Source: Clostridia bacterium (lineage in GTDB: Bacteria; Bacillota; Clostridia; TANB77; CAG-508). From it: a stretch of 64,000 nt of DNA. Where the stretch lies: contig JAGBDU010000029.1 of the NCBI GenBank assembly GCA_017937285.1, forward strand, positions 4,258 to 68,257. The letters are read 5' to 3'. Below the pieces are notes generated by a model. It saw nothing but the letters and a program-made list of their open reading frames with translations, was not told where the DNA came from and ran no database searches. The position numbers were made by a program, and so were the translations under genes. Positions 32,545-45,214 of this stretch are shown piece by piece. How positions within the stretch are numbered: the stretch's first letter is position 1; each line of letters opens with the position of its first letter.

Positions 32545-32979
32545 TTAAATCACCTCTGTCTTTCCACCTAAAGCTTCAATTTTTTCTTTTGCTGCTTTAG
32601 TAAATCTTTTAGCTTTTACAGCTAATTTTTTCTCTAAGTTTCCAGTAGCAAGTATTACGATTCCGTCATTTGCTTTACTGATTATTCCGTCTGCAATTAA
32701 GCTTTCTGCTGTTACTTCTTCAGTTGTAGCTTTATTAAGCATTGTTAAAGTTACTTCTGTATAAGTTTTAGCATGAATATTTGTAAAACCTCTTTTTGGT
32801 AATCTTCTATATAGTGGTGTTTGACCTCCTTCAAAGCCTCTTCTTACTCCACCACCTGATCTTGCTTTTTGACCTTTATGACCTCTACCAGATGTTTTTC
32901 CAAGTCCAGAACCTATTCCACGTCCTACTCTAGTTCTAGTTTTTGTTACTTGAGCTGGTGTTAATTCGTCTAATTTCAT
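32545..32979 (-). CDS. rplO: 50S ribosomal protein L15
   Basis: [32 protein letters not shown]. Confidence 0.99.
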   Translation of the reverse strand: MKLDELTPAQVTKTRTRVGRGIGSGLGKTSGRGHKGQKARSGGGVRRGFEGGQTPLYRRLPKRGFTNIHAKTYTEVTLTMLNKATTEEVTAESLIADGIISKANDGIVILATGNLEKKLAVKAKRFTKAAKEKIEALGGKTEVI

Positions 32980-33050
32980 TATGTGGTTACACCTCCTTAT
33001 TTTTATTATAGTAAGTATATACTATGTTTTTTTATAAATCAACTAATTTT

Positions 33051-33539
33051 TTATAAAATATCTTCAGCTTTTTTTCCTCTTTTTTTAGCTACTTGCTCTA
33101 AAGTTTGCATATTCTTTAATCCTTCTATTGTAGCATATACAACATTTCTTGGATTGTTAGTTCCTATAACTTTAGTTCTTATATCTCTGTATCCAGCAAG
33201 TTCTATTACAGGTCTAACACTTCCTCCTGCTATAATTCCAGTACCTTCTGCTGCTGGTTTTAACATAACTTTTGCACTACCAAATTTACCAATAAATTCA
33301 TGTGGTATAGTTGTTCCAACAACTGGAACTTCTATTAAATTCTTTTTAGCTTCTTCTATAGCTTTTTTGATTGCGTCTGGAACTTCTGCAGCTTTACCAT
33401 TTCCAACTCCAACGTGTCCATTTCCATCTCCAACAACTACAACTGCACTAAATCTGAAAGTTCTACCACCTTTTACAACTTTTGCTACTCTGCTGATAGA
33501 TACAACTTTTTCTTTTAATTCTGATGTATTATTTTCCAT
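33051..33539 (-). CDS. rpsE: 30S ribosomal protein S5
   Basis: [24 protein letters not shown]. Confidence 0.99.
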   Translation of the reverse strand: MENNTSELKEKVVSISRVAKVVKGGRTFRFSAVVVVGDGNGHVGVGNGKAAEVPDAIKKAIEEAKKNLIEVPVVGTTIPHEFIGKFGSAKVMLKPAAEGTGIIAGGSVRPVIELAGYRDIRTKVIGTNNPRNVVYATIEGLKNMQTLEQVAKKRGKKAEDIL

Positions 33540-33571
33540 GAATTTTTATTTCCCTCCTTTTTTATTAGATA

Positions 33572-33931
33572 TTAGAATTTTAATCCTGCTTCTCTTGCAG
33601 CTTCTGCAAATTCCTTGATTACTCCATGATATTGATATCCACTTCTATCAAAAACAATATTTTCTACACCTTTTTCTGTAGCTCTTTTAGCTATTAAAGT
33701 TCCAACTTCTTTAGCTGCTTCTTTATTAGCTAATTTTGTTTTTACTTCTTTATCAAGAGTAGAAGCACTTACTATTGTAATTCCTGCAACATCATCTATT
33801 AGTTGAGCAAATAAATTTCTGTTGCTTCTATATATACATAGTCTTGGACGTTCTGCAGTTCCACTTACTTTTCTACGAACTCTTATATGTCTTCTTCTTG
33901 TTTCGAATTTTCTATCTGTTTTAGAAACCAT
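33572..33931 (-). CDS. rplR: 50S ribosomal protein L18
   Basis: [26 protein letters not shown]. Confidence 0.99.
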   Translation of the reverse strand: MVSKTDRKFETRRRHIRVRRKVSGTAERPRLCIYRSNRNLFAQLIDDVAGITIVSASTLDKEVKTKLANKEAAKEVGTLIAKRATEKGVENIVFDRSGYQYHGVIKEFAEAAREAGLKF

Positions 33932-34054
33932 TTTTTTCTCCTTTCTAACTAATGTAACAGCATTAGCTTTCTTATATGGTTTTCTTTAAAAACCTTCTTT
34001 ATTGATATAATACATTTTTCAAAAACTGTTAATAAATTAAATTTTATAATAATT

Positions 34055-34594
34055 TTATTTTTTACCAGCTTTTCCTTCTTTACGTCTGATATGCTCTTCA
34101 GCATATTTGATTCCTTTACCTCTATATACTTCTGGTGGTCTTTTTGTTCTTACTACAGCTGCAACTTGACCAACTTGCTCTTTATCAATACCTTTAACAA
34201 TTATTTGGTTTGGAGCTGGTACTTCGAAAGTTATTCCTTCTGGAGCTTCCATTTCTACTGGATGTGAATATCCTAAAGTTAAAACTAAAGTTTTACCTTT
34301 TAATTGTGCTCTATATCCAACACCATTTATTTCTAATGCTCTTTTATATTCGTTAAGAACTCCTTCAATCATATTATTAATTAAAGTTCTTGTTAATCCA
34401 TGTAAACTTCTGTTTTCAGCTTCATCATTTGGTCTTGATACTGTAATAACATTTCCGTCCATAGTTACAGACATATTTTTATGAATATCTCTTTCTAATG
34501 TTCCTTTTGGTCCTTTTACAGTAATATGTTGTCCATCAATTTTTACTTCAACACCTGCTGGAACTGTAATAGGTTTATTTCCTATTCTAGACAT
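34055..34594 (-). CDS. rplF: 50S ribosomal protein L6
   Basis: [26 protein letters not shown]. Confidence 0.99.
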   Translation of the reverse strand: MSRIGNKPITVPAGVEVKIDGQHITVKGPKGTLERDIHKNMSVTMDGNVITVSRPNDEAENRSLHGLTRTLINNMIEGVLNEYKRALEINGVGYRAQLKGKTLVLTLGYSHPVEMEAPEGITFEVPAPNQIIVKGIDKEQVGQVAAVVRTKRPPEVYRGKGIKYAEEHIRRKEGKAGKK

Positions 34595-34630
34595 CTGATT
34601 TCCCTCCTTAAAATTTATTTTGTGCTTTTA

Positions 34631-35032
34631 TTACCAAACATAAGCTAATACTTCTCCGCCTAATCCTTCTTGTCTTGCTTCTTTGTCTGTTTTTATTCCT
34701 TTAGATGTAGATATTAAAGCTATTCCTAAACCATTTAAAACTTTTGGTAATTCATCTTTTGATGCATATACTCTTAATCCTGGTTTACTAATTCTTTTTA
34801 ATCCATCTATAACTCTTGCACCTTTTTCATCATATTTTAAAGTTACTCTTATAATTCCTTGATTATTTTCAACTTTTATTTCTTCAAAAGATTTTATATA
34901 TCCTTCTTTAAATAGAATTTCAGCTATTGCTAATTTCATATTTGAAGCAGGAATATCTACTGTTTTATGTTTTGAACTGTTTGCGTTTCTTATTCTTGTT
35001 AGCATATCTGCTATTGGATCAGTAGTATTCAA
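34631..35032 (-). CDS. rpsH: 30S ribosomal protein S8
   Basis: [31 protein letters not shown]. Confidence 0.99.
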   Translation of the reverse strand: MNTTDPIADMLTRIRNANSSKHKTVDIPASNMKLAIAEILFKEGYIKSFEEIKVENNQGIIRVTLKYDEKGARVIDGLKRISKPGLRVYASKDELPKVLNGLGIALISTSKGIKTDKEARQEGLGGEVLAYVW

Positions 35033-35071
35033 CTTTATCCCTCCTTTTAATGTTTTATATTTATATAAATT

Positions 35072-35257
35072 CTACCAACTTGCTTTTTTTACACCTGGTA
35101 TTTCACCTTTATGTGCTAATTCTCTAAAGCATACACGGCAAATTCCAAATTTTCTGATATATGCATGTGGTCTTCCACATATTTTGCATCTATTATATTC
35201 TCTTGTTGCGTATTTTTGCTTTTTTTGTTGTTTAACTTTTAAAGATTTTTTAGCCAT
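35072..35257 (-). CDS. rpsZ: 30S ribosomal protein S14, type Z (Zn-binding)
   Basis: RCKICGRP...CRVCFRE, 61 aa. Confidence 0.98.
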   Translation of the reverse strand: MAKKSLKVKQQKKQKYATREYNRCKICGRPHAYIRKFGICRVCFRELAHKGEIPGVKKASW

Positions 35258-35306
35258 GAATTTCTCCTTTCTTCTTAACTATTATTTAAGAAACCTAGCT
35301 TTATAA

Positions 35307-35846
35307 TTACTTTTTAAAAGGCATACCTAATAGACTTAATAATTCTTTTGCTTCCTCATCTGATTTAGCAGTAGTTACGAATATTATATCCATACCTCTT
35401 ATTTTATCAATTTTATCATATTCGATTTCTGGGAATATTAATTGCTCTTTAATACCCATTGAATAATTACCTCTTCCATCGAAAGAATTAGCAGATACTC
35501 CTCTAAAATCTCTTACTCTAGGAAGTGCTACATTAAATAGTTTGTATGCAAAATCATACATTTTTCCACTTCTTAATGTAACTTTACAACCTACATCTAC
35601 ATTAGCTCTTAATTTAAAAGCTGCTATAGCTTTTTTAGATTTTGTAACGATTGGTTTTTGACCTGTTATTTCGCTTAAATCTTTTATTGCATTTTCTAAT
35701 GATTTAGGATTTTCTTTTGTGTCTCCTAAACCTATATTAATAACTATTTTATCTAATTTTGGAACTTCCATTACTGATTTATAATTGAATTTTTTCATCA
35801 TTGCTGGAATTACTTCGTTTTTATATTGTTCTTTTAAAATTTCCAT
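35307..35846 (-). CDS. rplE: 50S ribosomal protein L5
   Basis: [23 protein letters not shown]. Confidence 0.99.
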   Translation of the reverse strand: MEILKEQYKNEVIPAMMKKFNYKSVMEVPKLDKIVINIGLGDTKENPKSLENAIKDLSEITGQKPIVTKSKKAIAAFKLRANVDVGCKVTLRSGKMYDFAYKLFNVALPRVRDFRGVSANSFDGRGNYSMGIKEQLIFPEIEYDKIDKIRGMDIIFVTTAKSDEEAKELLSLLGMPFKK

Positions 35847-35873
35847 AATTTATATTTATCCTCCTTTCTACGA

Positions 35874-36185
35874 TTATTTTATTGTTGCACCACATGATTT
35901 ACAAACACGAACTTTATTGTCTTTATCAATTTTAAATCCAACTCTTACAGCTTTTCCGCATTTTGGGCAAACTACATTTACTTTACTCATATGAATTGGA
36001 AATTCCATTGATATAATTCCACCTTCTTCACCTTGTCTTCTAGGTTTCATGTGTTTTTTCTTTATATTTATACCTTTTACGATTATTTTTTGTGTTTTTG
36101 GTATAACTTCTAAAACTTCTCCAGTTTTACCTTTATCATTTCCTGATAAAACTTTAACTGTATCACCTTTTTTTACTTTTAGCAT
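35874..36185 (-). CDS. rplX: 50S ribosomal protein L24
   Basis: KKGDTVKVLSGNDKGKTG. Confidence 0.99.
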   Translation of the reverse strand: MLKVKKGDTVKVLSGNDKGKTGEVLEVIPKTQKIIVKGINIKKKHMKPRRQGEEGGIISMEFPIHMSKVNVVCPKCGKAVRVGFKIDKDNKVRVCKSCGATIK

Positions 36186-36239
36186 TTAGGATTTCGCCTC
36201 CTCTATTATTATTTTCTATTTTTAGTTTTTGTTTAATTA

Positions 36240-36608
36240 TTATAAAACTTCTGGAGCTAAAGATAATATTTTCATGTAATTTTTTTCTCTTAACTCTCTT
36301 GCGATAGGTCCAAATATACGAGTTCCTTTTGGATTACCATCTTCTTTTATTATTACAGCAGCATTTTCATCAAATCTTATGTATGAACCATCAGCTCTTC
36401 TTGTAGGCTTTTTAGTTCTAACTACAACTGCTTTAACTACATCACCTTTTTTTACCATACCACCTGGAGCAGCTGTTTTTACAGATGCAACTATAACATC
36501 ACCAACTCTTGCATATTTTCTGTAAGAACCACCTAAACATCTAATACACATAATTTCTTTTGCTCCTGTGTTATCAGCAACTTTTAATATAGTTTGTTGT
36601 TGTACCAT
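36240..36608 (-). CDS. rplN: 50S ribosomal protein L14
   Basis: [31 protein letters not shown]. Confidence 0.99.
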   Translation of the reverse strand: MVQQQTILKVADNTGAKEIMCIRCLGGSYRKYARVGDVIVASVKTAAPGGMVKKGDVVKAVVVRTKKPTRRADGSYIRFDENAAVIIKEDGNPKGTRIFGPIARELREKNYMKILSLAPEVL

Positions 36609-36684
36609 TTGAATTTTCCCTCCTTTAAACCAAAATTTATTTTGATTTTGTTACATTTTGTAATTCATTAATTTTTAGATAAAG

Positions 36685-36948
36685 TTATTTTATAACAGCT
36701 TTTTCAACTATTTCTACAACTCTCCATCTTTTATCTTTTGATAGAGGTCTTGTTTCCATAACTTTAACTTTATCGCCTTCTTGGCACTCATTCTTTTCGT
36801 CATGAGCTTTTAATTTATAAGTTCTTTTTTGAACTTTTCCATATATTTTATGTTTTTCACTTGTTTCAACTGCAACAACAACTGTTTTGTCCATTTTGTT
36901 TGAAACAACTGTACCAATCATAACTTTACGAAGATTTCTTTCTTCCAT
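36685..36948 (-). CDS. rpsQ: 30S ribosomal protein S17
   Basis: [25 protein letters not shown]. Confidence 0.99.
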   Translation of the reverse strand: MEERNLRKVMIGTVVSNKMDKTVVVAVETSEKHKIYGKVQKRTYKLKAHDEKNECQEGDKVKVMETRPLSKDKRWRVVEIVEKAVIK

Positions 36949-36988
36949 TCGAACGATCTCCTTCCTTCAATATTTGAATTGTTTGCAA

Positions 36989-37189
36989 TTATTTTGCTTC
37001 ATTTAATTTTCTTTCATTTAATATTGTTTTTATTCTAGCAATGTCTTTTTTCACTTCTTTAATTTTCATAGGATTATCTAAACCATTTGATTTTTTTGTA
37101 AATCTTAATTTAAATAGCTCTGATTTTAATTCTCCTAATTCTTTTTCTAAATCTGGTGAAGACATTTCTTTTATTTTATTTATCTTCAT
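36989..37189 (-). CDS. rpmC: 50S ribosomal protein L29
   Basis: [10 protein letters not shown]...[10 protein letters not shown]. Confidence 0.98.
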   Translation of the reverse strand: MKINKIKEMSSPDLEKELGELKSELFKLRFTKKSNGLDNPMKIKEVKKDIARIKTILNERKLNEAK

Positions 37190-37619
37190 CTACATCACCA
37201 CCTATTTCAGTTTCTTTTTTTACAAATTTACATTTAACAGATAGTTTGTTTGCAGCTAATCTTAAAGCTTCTCTTGCTACTTCTTCAGATACGCCTGCTA
37301 TTTCGAACATTACTCTTCCTGGTTTTACAACTGCAACCCAGTAAGTAACAGCACCTTTACCTTTACCCATACGAGTTCCGATACCTTTATTTGTTATTGG
37401 TTTGTCTGGGAATATTTTTATCCAAACTTTACCACCTCTTTTAGTGTAACGAGTCATAGCAATACGAGCTGCTTCTATTTGATTAGAAGTTATTAATGCT
37501 GCACCTACTGCTTGTAAACCATATTCTCCATCTGTTACTTTATTACCTCTAGTAGCTTTTCCTCTCATTCTACCTTTTTGTAATTTTCTATATTTAGTTC
37601 TTTTTGGCATTAATGGCAT
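37176..37619 (-). CDS. rplP: 50S ribosomal protein L16
   Basis: [23 protein letters not shown]. Confidence 0.99.
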   Translation of the reverse strand: MPLMPKRTKYRKLQKGRMRGKATRGNKVTDGEYGLQAVGAALITSNQIEAARIAMTRYTKRGGKVWIKIFPDKPITNKGIGTRMGKGKGAVTYWVAVVKPGRVMFEIAGVSEEVAREALRLAANKLSVKCKFVKKETEIGGDVDEDK

Positions 37620-38281
37620 TATTTTTCTCCTCCTTCCACTTTATCTTTTTTAGTTGGAAGAACTTCTCCTTTATATATCCAAACTTTTACACCTATTTTT
37701 CCATAAGTTGTATCAGCTTCTGCAAATCCATAATCGATATCTGCTCTTAAAGTTTGAAGTGGTATTGTACCATCTTTATAGAATTCAGTTCTAGCCATAT
37801 CTGCTCCACCTAATCTTCCAGATACTGCAGTTTTAATTCCTAAAGCACCTGATTTCATAGTTTTTTGCATACATTGTTTCATTGCTCTTCTGAATGAAAT
37901 TCTTCTTTCTAATTGTCCTGCTATATTTTCAGCAACTAATTGTGCATCCATATCAGCATTTTTTACCTCTACGATGTTTAAGTTAACATCTTTATTAATC
38001 ATTTTTTGTAATTCTGCTTTTAAAGTTTCAGCTAAATTTCCACCTTTTCCGATTACTAATCCTGGTTTAGCTGTAAAAACATTTATTTTAACAAATTTAG
38101 CAGTTCTTTCAATTTCTATTTTTGAAATTCCGCTAACATATAATTTCTTTTTTATATATTTACGAATTTTGTTATCTTCTACAAGATAATCAGCAAAATT
38201 CTTTGAATCAGCATACCATTTTGAACTCCAATCTTTGATAACACCAACTCTTAATCCATGTGGATCCATTTTTTGTCCCAT
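37619..38281 (-). CDS. rpsC: 30S ribosomal protein S3
   Basis: [31 protein letters not shown]. Confidence 0.99.
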   Translation of the reverse strand: MGQKMDPHGLRVGVIKDWSSKWYADSKNFADYLVEDNKIRKYIKKKLYVSGISKIEIERTAKFVKINVFTAKPGLVIGKGGNLAETLKAELQKMINKDVNLNIVEVKNADMDAQLVAENIAGQLERRISFRRAMKQCMQKTMKSGALGIKTAVSGRLGGADMARTEFYKDGTIPLQTLRADIDYGFAEADTTYGKIGVKVWIYKGEVLPTKKDKVEGGEK

Positions 38282-38300
38282 TTTAATAACTCCTCCTTTC

Positions 38301-38660
38301 TTATGCTCTTTCTCTTAATTTTATTGTTATATGGCTTGTTCTTTTTCTAATTCTTACTGCTGAACCTTTTGCTGCTGGTCTAATTCTTTTCATTGTTGGA
38401 CCTTGATTTGCAAATATTTCAGATACGTATAAGTTATTAGATTTCATACCATGGTTATTTTCAGCATTTGCTATAGCTGATTTTAATAATTTTTCTATTA
38501 CTTCAGATGAAGCTTTTGGCGTAAATTTTACTATTGCTAAAGCTTCTTTAGCATCTTTACCTCTTATTAAATCTGCTACTATTTTAACTTTTCTAGCTGA
38601 AATTCTAGCATTTTTAAGAGTTGCTACTGCTTCTGGAATCATTTCTTGCTTTTCTTCCAC
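38301..38660 (-). CDS. rplV: 50S ribosomal protein L22
   Basis: [33 protein letters not shown]. Confidence 0.99.
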   Translation of the reverse strand: MEEKQEMIPEAVATLKNARISARKVKIVADLIRGKDAKEALAIVKFTPKASSEVIEKLLKSAIANAENNHGMKSNNLYVSEIFANQGPTMKRIRPAAKGSAVRIRKRTSHITIKLRERA

Positions 38661-38694
38661 TTTATTTACCTCCTTATTATTTTAAGAACTTTTT

Positions 38695-38970
38695 TTATTT
38701 TTTAGTTGTTTTGTCTCCTGCGTGACCTTTGAATGTTCTTGTAGGAGCAAATTCTCCTAATTTATGTCCTATCATTTCTTCAGTTAAATAAACTGGTACA
38801 TGTTTTCTACCATCATGAACAGCTATTGTATGTCCAACCATTTGTGGATATATAGTAGAAGCTCTTGACCATGTTTTTAAAACTTCTTTTTCGCCAGTTT
38901 CGTTCATTTTCTCTATTCTAGCTAATAGCTTTGGAGAAACATAAGGCATTTTTTTGCTTGATCTTGACAT
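38695..38970 (-). CDS. rpsS: 30S ribosomal protein S19
   Basis: [18 protein letters not shown]. Confidence 0.99.
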   Translation of the reverse strand: MSRSSKKMPYVSPKLLARIEKMNETGEKEVLKTWSRASTIYPQMVGHTIAVHDGRKHVPVYLTEEMIGHKLGEFAPTRTFKGHAGDKTTKK

Positions 38971-39035
38971 ATTAAAATTTCCCTCCTTAATTTTTATATT
39001 TTAATACTTAAGTTTTCGTTCTATTTTATTAAAAA

Positions 39036-39863
39036 TTATTTTCTTCTCTTAACTATGAATTTATTTGATTGTTTGTTACGTTTTCTTGTCTTATATCCAA
39101 GTGCTGGTTTACCCCAAGGTGTCATTGGACCACTGTGTCCTACTGGAGCTCTACCTTCACCACCACCATGAGGGTGATCACATGGGTTCATAACTGATCC
39201 TCTAACTGTTGGTCTGATACCCATATGTCTTGTTTTTCCAGCTTTACCGATTTTAACATTTTCATGATCAGAGTTACCAATAGTTCCTATTGTAGCTCTA
39301 CATCTAGCCATAACTAATCTCATTTCTCCTGATGGAAGTCTAACATGAGCATATTTACCTTCTTTAGCCATTAATTGTGCTTCTTGTCCAGCTGCTCTAA
39401 CTAGTTTTCCACCTTGTCCAGGATTTAATTCGATATTATGAATCATTGTACCAACTGGTATGTTTTCAATTTTCATGCAGTTTCCTGGTTTGATATCTGC
39501 TTTTTCTCCAGATACTACTTTATTTCCATCTGTTAATCCGATTGGAGCTAAGATGTAAGCTCTTTCTCCATCTTCATATTCGATTAATGCTATGTTTGCA
39601 CTTCTGTTTGGATCGTATTCGATTCCTATTACAGTTGCTACCATATCATCTTTTCTTCTCTTAAAATCTACTATTCTATATTTTTGTCTGTTTCCTCCAC
39701 CTTGGTGACGTACAGTTATTCTACCATATGAGTTTCTTCCTGAATGTTTCTTTTTTGTTGTTAATAAAGATTTTTCAGGAGTCTTTTTTGTTATTTCATC
39801 AAATGTAGAAACTGTCATATTTCTTAGTGATGGAGTTGTTGGATTAAAATGTTTCATTCCCAT
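39036..39863 (-). CDS. rplB: 50S ribosomal protein L2
   Basis: [32 protein letters not shown]. Confidence 0.99.
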   Translation of the reverse strand: MGMKHFNPTTPSLRNMTVSTFDEITKKTPEKSLLTTKKKHSGRNSYGRITVRHQGGGNRQKYRIVDFKRRKDDMVATVIGIEYDPNRSANIALIEYEDGERAYILAPIGLTDGNKVVSGEKADIKPGNCMKIENIPVGTMIHNIELNPGQGGKLVRAAGQEAQLMAKEGKYAHVRLPSGEMRLVMARCRATIGTIGNSDHENVKIGKAGKTRHMGIRPTVRGSVMNPCDHPHGGGEGRAPVGHSGPMTPWGKPALGYKTRKRNKQSNKFIVKRRK

Positions 39864-39961
39864 TTTTTATTCTCTCCTTTATTTATTATTTAATGGATTT
39901 TTTCCTGCTCCATTTGCAGATATTTTTTATTATCCGAGTTAATTCTCGATATTTATATATA

Positions 39962-40306
39962 TTAAATTCCGTAAGCATCAATTGAGTTTTTAATTGATTT
40001 AGAAACTTTTTTAGATTTTCCACCTTTTGTTAAATATGTTTTAGCTTGTGGATCTGTATCTATAGTAACTATAGCTTTTTTCCAATCAGAAGTTTTTCCG
40101 ATTGATCTTCCAACTCTTTTTTGTTTTCCTCTAACTGTTACAGTGTTAACTTTTAAAACTCTAACATCAAATAAATTTTCTACAGCTCTTGCTATAGCAA
40201 CTTTTGTAGCTTTTTTGCTTACTTTGAAAGTATACTTTCCACCTTGAAGTTCATCATTACTTTTTTCAGTAATAACTGGCTCTATTATTATATCTTCTGG
40301 CATCAT
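39962..40306 (-). CDS. rplW: 50S ribosomal protein L23 with C-terminal extension
   Basis: PVITEKS, YTFKV, WKKAIVT. Confidence 0.98.
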   Translation of the reverse strand: MMPEDIIIEPVITEKSNDELQGGKYTFKVSKKATKVAIARAVENLFDVRVLKVNTVTVRGKQKRVGRSIGKTSDWKKAIVTIDTDPQAKTYLTKGGKSKKVSKSIKNSIDAYGI

Positions 40307-40929
40307 TATGCGTACACCTCCTCTAATTTTTTAACTGTATCTAATGTTACAACTAATTTATTGTATTTTAATAAATCATATACATTAATTGTATTAACTA
40401 AAGTTGTTTTAACATTTTCAATATTTCTTGCAGATTTTTGAACTGTTTCGTTCTTTTCTGGTAATAATATTAATGTTTTTCCTTCAACTTTTAAATTATT
40501 TAAAGCTTTAACCATAGCATTTGTTTTGATTTCTTTTAAATCTAAAGCATCTACAACTACTAATTCGTTTTCTAATACTTTTGAACTTAAAACAGATTTA
40601 ATAGCTAATCTTCTTTCTTTTTTGTTTACTGTGTAAGCATATGAACGAGGTTTTGGTCCTAAAGCTATACCACCTTTAATCCATTGTGGAGCTCTGATAC
40701 TTCCTTGTCTTGCTCTACCAGTTCCTTTTTGTCTCCATGGTTTTCTTCCACCACCACGAACTTCTGCTCTTGTTTTTGTACTTTGTGTTCCTTGTCTTTG
40801 ATTAGCTAAATAATTAACTAATACACTGTGTACAACAGCTTCATTTGGCTCTATTCCAAATATTTCTTCTTTTAAGTTAACTGTATTAACTTTTTTACCT
40901 TCAATATTGTATACATCTATACTTGGCAT
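40306..40929 (-). CDS. rplD: 50S ribosomal protein L4
   Basis: RQGTQSTKTRAEVRGGGRKPWRQKGTGRAR. Confidence 0.99.
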   Translation of the reverse strand: MPSIDVYNIEGKKVNTVNLKEEIFGIEPNEAVVHSVLVNYLANQRQGTQSTKTRAEVRGGGRKPWRQKGTGRARQGSIRAPQWIKGGIALGPKPRSYAYTVNKKERRLAIKSVLSSKVLENELVVVDALDLKEIKTNAMVKALNNLKVEGKTLILLPEKNETVQKSARNIENVKTTLVNTINVYDLLKYNKLVVTLDTVKKLEEVYA

Positions 40930-40945
40930 TTCATTTCCTCCTTCC

Positions 40946-41572
40946 TTATGCTTTTACACTTGTTTTTAATTTTAATATTGCACCTTTTGGTCCAGGTACA
41001 CTACCTTTTACTAATACAACGTTTTTGTCATTATCAACTTTAACAACATCTAAGTTTTGTATTGTTACAGTAACTCTTCCCATATGTCCTGGTAATTTTT
41101 TACCTTTAAATACTCTACCTGGAGTTGATGTTGGTCCCATTGAACCTGGTCTTCTATGATACATAGATCCATGTCCCATTGGTCCTCTGTGTTGTCCATG
41201 ACGTTTGATAACACCTTGGAAACCTTTTCCTTTTGATGTTCCTTGGATGTCTAATCTATCTCCTTCAGCAAATACATTTACTGTTAATTCTGTTCCAACA
41301 GTAATTCCTTCTACTGAATCTACTCTAAATTCTCTTAAATGTTTTTTTGGAGCTATATTTGCTTTTGCAAAATGTCCTTTTTCTGGTTTGTTTAATTTTG
41401 ATTCTTTTACTTCTCCGAATCCTAATTGAATAGCATTGTATCCATCTGTTTCTACTGATTTAACTTGTGATATTACACAAGGTCCAGCTTCGATTACTGT
41501 TACTGGAATTACTCTTCCTTTTTCATCAAATATTTGAGTCATTCCAACTTTTTTACCTATTAAAGTTTTCAT
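40946..41572 (-). CDS. rplC: 50S ribosomal protein L3
   Basis: [22 protein letters not shown]. Confidence 0.99.
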   Translation of the reverse strand: MKTLIGKKVGMTQIFDEKGRVIPVTVIEAGPCVISQVKSVETDGYNAIQLGFGEVKESKLNKPEKGHFAKANIAPKKHLREFRVDSVEGITVGTELTVNVFAEGDRLDIQGTSKGKGFQGVIKRHGQHRGPMGHGSMYHRRPGSMGPTSTPGRVFKGKKLPGHMGRVTVTIQNLDVVKVDNDKNVVLVKGSVPGPKGAILKLKTSVKA

Positions 41573-41671
41573 TTTTTTCCTCCTAATACTATTGGCTGAT
41601 ATTTTATTTTCTATTTTTTATTTAATAGTATATCAGCTTGGTCTTATAGAGACCTTCCTAAATAATTTAAA

Positions 41672-42004
41672 TTATAATTTGATTTCTATATCAACACCTG
41701 CTGGTAAGTCTATTTTCATTAGACTATCTACAGTTTTTTGTGTTGGATAAAGAATATCAATAACTCTTTTGTGTGTTCTCATTTCAAATTGCTCTCTTGA
41801 GTCTTTGTGTTTGTGTGGAGAACGTAATATTGTTATGATTTCCTTTTCTGTTGGTAGTGGAATAGGACCTGAAACCTTTGCTCCTGTTTTTTTAGCAGTA
41901 TCTACTATTTTTTCAGCAGACTGTTCTAAAACTACATGATCATAAGCTTTTAATCTTATTCTGATTTTTTCGCTTGCTACCGCATTTCCTGTTACTGTTG
42001 CCAT
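41672..42004 (-). CDS. rpsJ: 30S ribosomal protein S10
   Basis: [29 protein letters not shown]. Confidence 0.99.
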   Translation of the reverse strand: MATVTGNAVASEKIRIRLKAYDHVVLEQSAEKIVDTAKKTGAKVSGPIPLPTEKEIITILRSPHKHKDSREQFEMRTHKRVIDILYPTQKTVDSLMKIDLPAGVDIEIKL

Positions 42005-42129
42005 GTAAATTTTCCCTCCTTAAAATTTTAAATTATTAGTCGGAAGTTATAAACGCACCCTGGTGTTTCATTAACACCTAATATATAAGCCCAAGTTTTT
42101 GCATGATTTTTCTTGGGATAAGTGCTTAT

Positions 42130-42243
42130 ATTTAAATAACTTACCGCCTGGTCTAAGCCACGACATGCTCCATAGGAGTTCCCTCCAACCTTACTATTTC
42201 AAAGGTTGTAGCCACATCCTACTTCATCGCTAATCTTACATGC
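42130..42243 (-). ncRNA. Structured 5' leader of the S10 operon (S10-Clostridia-like r-leader candidate)
   Basis: GC-enriched leader GCGATGAAGTAGGA...AACCTT...AAGGTT...TCCTATGGAGCATGTC resembling Firmicute rpsJ leaders. Confidence 0.6.
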
Positions 42244-42249
42244 TTTTCT

Positions 42250-42278
42250 ATTATATACTAATATTGGCGGTGTGTCAA
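42250..42278 (-). promoter_or_regulatory. Consensus SigA promoter of the S10 operon
   Basis: TTGACA-CACCGCCAATATTAGTA(17)-TATAAT. Confidence 0.9.
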
Positions 42279-42571
42279 TTGATTTTTTGATGTTTTTTGG
42301 ATTTTATATATATTTTAATAATGTTTAGCCAGTCGTTCATATTATGTTGTGTATTAATCACAATAAAAAACAGTAACTATATTTCATTAACTCTTAAATA
42401 ATCTGTATAAAAAAATATGATACTTTTAATACTTCAAACTATTCTGTAAAACTAATTATAGATACTCTAGTGACCTTCACTTTTATTAGTATAAAAAAAA
42501 CAAGAGCATAGTTAAAATACGCTCTTCATATTATTTACAATCTTAATACTATCATTTAAAATCAAATTATT

Positions 42572-43666
42572 TTAATCTTGCAAATACTTCTGCTCCTCAT
42601 CAGTTACAAAAGTATTAACAATATCAATTCTGTTATTAATTTCATCTATATTAATCTTTTCAATTTCTTTTGTATCACTTATTTCATATTTTTCTTTTAT
42701 ATTTAAAATTCTATTAACACTATTATTAATTCTACTGTTTTTTAACTTACCTTTTTCTACTAATTTTATAATATTTTCAATTGCATTTATTTCATCTTTT
42801 TTATTGAATCTAAACATTATAATATCATTTCCAGCCAAAAAAGCTTTTTTTACAGCCCTTTTAGTTCCATAAAAATATCTAATTGATTTCATCTTTAAAT
42901 CATCTGTAATAATTAGTCCTCTAAATTTATATTTTCTTCTTATTATTTTTACCATTTTTTTAGATAATGAAGCTGGATATAATTTACTTACACTTTTTAT
43001 AATCATATGACCAACCATTATAGCATCAACATTCTCTTTTATTGCATCTTTAAATGGCTCTACCGCTTCATCTTCAATCTTTTTGATACTTGGTAACAAA
43101 AAATGAGAATCTAATTTTGCTGCTCCCTGTCCGGGAAAGTGCTTAACAACTGAAATTACTTTATGTTTTTGTAATTGCTTCATAATTTCCAATCCATATG
43201 TAGAAACATCTTCAGCATTTTCGCCAAAACATCTATTTCCAATACCCTTCGATGTATTTTTACTTAATATATCTAGTACTGGAGAAAAATTCATATTATA
43301 TCCACTTTTTTGTAACATTTCACCTGTTATGTCTCCGGTTTCCTTAATAATATTTAAGTTCTCCGTTTTAGCCAATCTGTACGCACTCTTTATATTATTT
43401 ATCTCGGGTGGCATTCTATTTACTCTACCACCTTCTTGATCAATTGCAATAAATAAAGGTACTTTATTTTTAGAATTTAGTTGTTTTATCTCTGAAATTA
43501 ATTTTACCATTTCTTCATAATTTTTAAAATTTTTTCTGTATAAAATAATGCCTCCAATTTTGTAATTTAAAATTAAATTTTTTATTCTTTCATCTATTTT
43601 TTTCCCGTTCATTCCTACTATTATCATTTGTCCAATTTTTTCTTTTAATGTTAGTTCAACTTTCAT
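42572..43666 (-). CDS. nagZ: GH3 beta-N-acetylhexosaminidase
   Basis: IAIDQEGGRVNR, NFSPVLD, KHFPGQG...DSH, ITDDL.M. Confidence 0.92.
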   Translation of the reverse strand: MKVELTLKEKIGQMIIVGMNGKKIDERIKNLILNYKIGGIILYRKNFKNYEEMVKLISEIKQLNSKNKVPLFIAIDQEGGRVNRMPPEINNIKSAYRLAKTENLNIIKETGDITGEMLQKSGYNMNFSPVLDILSKNTSKGIGNRCFGENAEDVSTYGLEIMKQLQKHKVISVVKHFPGQGAAKLDSHFLLPSIKKIEDEAVEPFKDAIKENVDAIMVGHMIIKSVSKLYPASLSKKMVKIIRRKYKFRGLIITDDLKMKSIRYFYGTKRAVKKAFLAGNDIIMFRFNKKDEINAIENIIKLVEKGKLKNSRINNSVNRILNIKEKYEISDTKEIEKINIDEINNRIDIVNTFVTDEEQKYLQD

Positions 43667-43942
43667 AATACAAATCCCCTTTATTTTTGATTTTAAATGA
43701 GTAAAACCAAAATATATTTTCTATTTACATTATAGCTAATACTCTGGCGGTTTGCAATAAAAATTTCTAAGAATAGTTTTCTTATATATTTCTAATATAT
43801 AAAATTCAGAAAATTATTTATGTAAAAATTTGAATGGCTCTGTAAATAAATAAAAAAGCTAAAATATTTTTAATATATCTTAGCTTTTTTATCGTTATTT
43901 AAAAATAGTGTATAAATTTCTTTCATTTTACATATTGTTAAT

Positions 43943-45178
43943 TCATACGTTTATTTTTTTTATTCTCTCCATAGCTTCTATAGTATTTTCTTTGCTTCCA
44001 AAAGCAGTTAATCTAAAATAACCTTCTCCACTAGGACCAAATCCAACACCTGGAGTTCCTACCACTGCTACTTCATTTAATAATTTATCAAAGAAATCCC
44101 AAGATTTAACACCATTTGGTAGTTTTAGCCAAATATATGGTGCATTTACTCCTCCATATACTGTAAAACCTACTTCTTGTAAACCTGTTCTTATTATTTT
44201 AGCATTTTCTTGATAATATGTTATATTTTCTTTTATTTGTTTTCTTCCTTCTTCTGTATAAATAGCTTCTGCTCCTCTTTGTGTTATATAAGAGGCTCCA
44301 TTAAATTTTGTACATTGTCTTCTATTCCATAATTTATTCAAAGTTACCTCTTCTCCAGATTCAGTATATCCTTTTAAAGCTTTTGGAATCACTGTATATC
44401 CACATCTTACGCCTGTAAATCCTGCTGTTTTTGAAAAACTTCTAAATTCTATTGCAACTTCTTTTGCACCTTCGATTTCATAAATGCTATGTGGTACATT
44501 TGGATCTGTTATAAATGCTTCATATGCACTATCAAATAAAATTATTGATTTGTTTTTCTTAGCATATTCTACCCATTTTGCTAACTGCTCTTTTGTTAGC
44601 ACTGTTCCTGTTGGATTATTCGGTAAACATAAATATATCATATCTGGTACTTCTGATGGAAAACTTGGTTCAAAATTATTTTCTGAAGTACATGGCATAT
44701 AGATTATATTTTCATATTTTCCTGTTTTGGAATTAAATTTTCCTGATCTTCCAGACATAGTATTTGTATCTAGATATACTGGATAAACTGGGTCTGTTAT
44801 TGCTACTTTATTGTTTTTTGCAAATATATCTACAATATTTCCTGTATCACATTTTGCTCCATCTGATACAAATATTTCATCTTTTTCTATATCTATTCCT
44901 CTTGATTTAAAATCTACTTCTACTATTTTTTCTCTTAAAAAATCATATCCTTGCTCTGGTCCATATCCCATAAAAGATTCTTTTTTTGATAAATCGTCTG
45001 CTGCTTTTTTCATTGCTTCTACACATGCATTTGCAAGTGGAAGTGTTACATCACCAATTCCTAGTTTTATTACTTTTTTATCTGGATATTCTTCTTGAAA
45101 TTTTGCTACTTTTTTTGCAATAGTTGAAAATAAGTAGCTATCTTGTAAATCTAAAAAATTTTCATTTATTTTTATCAT
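43943..45178 (-). CDS. dapL: LL-diaminopimelate aminotransferase
   Basis: [39 protein letters not shown]. Confidence 0.97.
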   Translation of the reverse strand: MIKINENFLDLQDSYLFSTIAKKVAKFQEEYPDKKVIKLGIGDVTLPLANACVEAMKKAADDLSKKESFMGYGPEQGYDFLREKIVEVDFKSRGIDIEKDEIFVSDGAKCDTGNIVDIFAKNNKVAITDPVYPVYLDTNTMSGRSGKFNSKTGKYENIIYMPCTSENNFEPSFPSEVPDMIYLCLPNNPTGTVLTKEQLAKWVEYAKKNKSIILFDSAYEAFITDPNVPHSIYEIEGAKEVAIEFRSFSKTAGFTGVRCGYTVIPKALKGYTESGEEVTLNKLWNRRQCTKFNGASYITQRGAEAIYTEEGRKQIKENITYYQENAKIIRTGLQEVGFTVYGGVNAPYIWLKLPNGVKSWDFFDKLLNEVAVVGTPGVGFGPSGEGYFRLTAFGSKENTIEAMERIKKINV

Positions 45179-45214
45179 AAATAATCTCCTTTCAGTGAAC
45201 TTTATAAACGTCCT

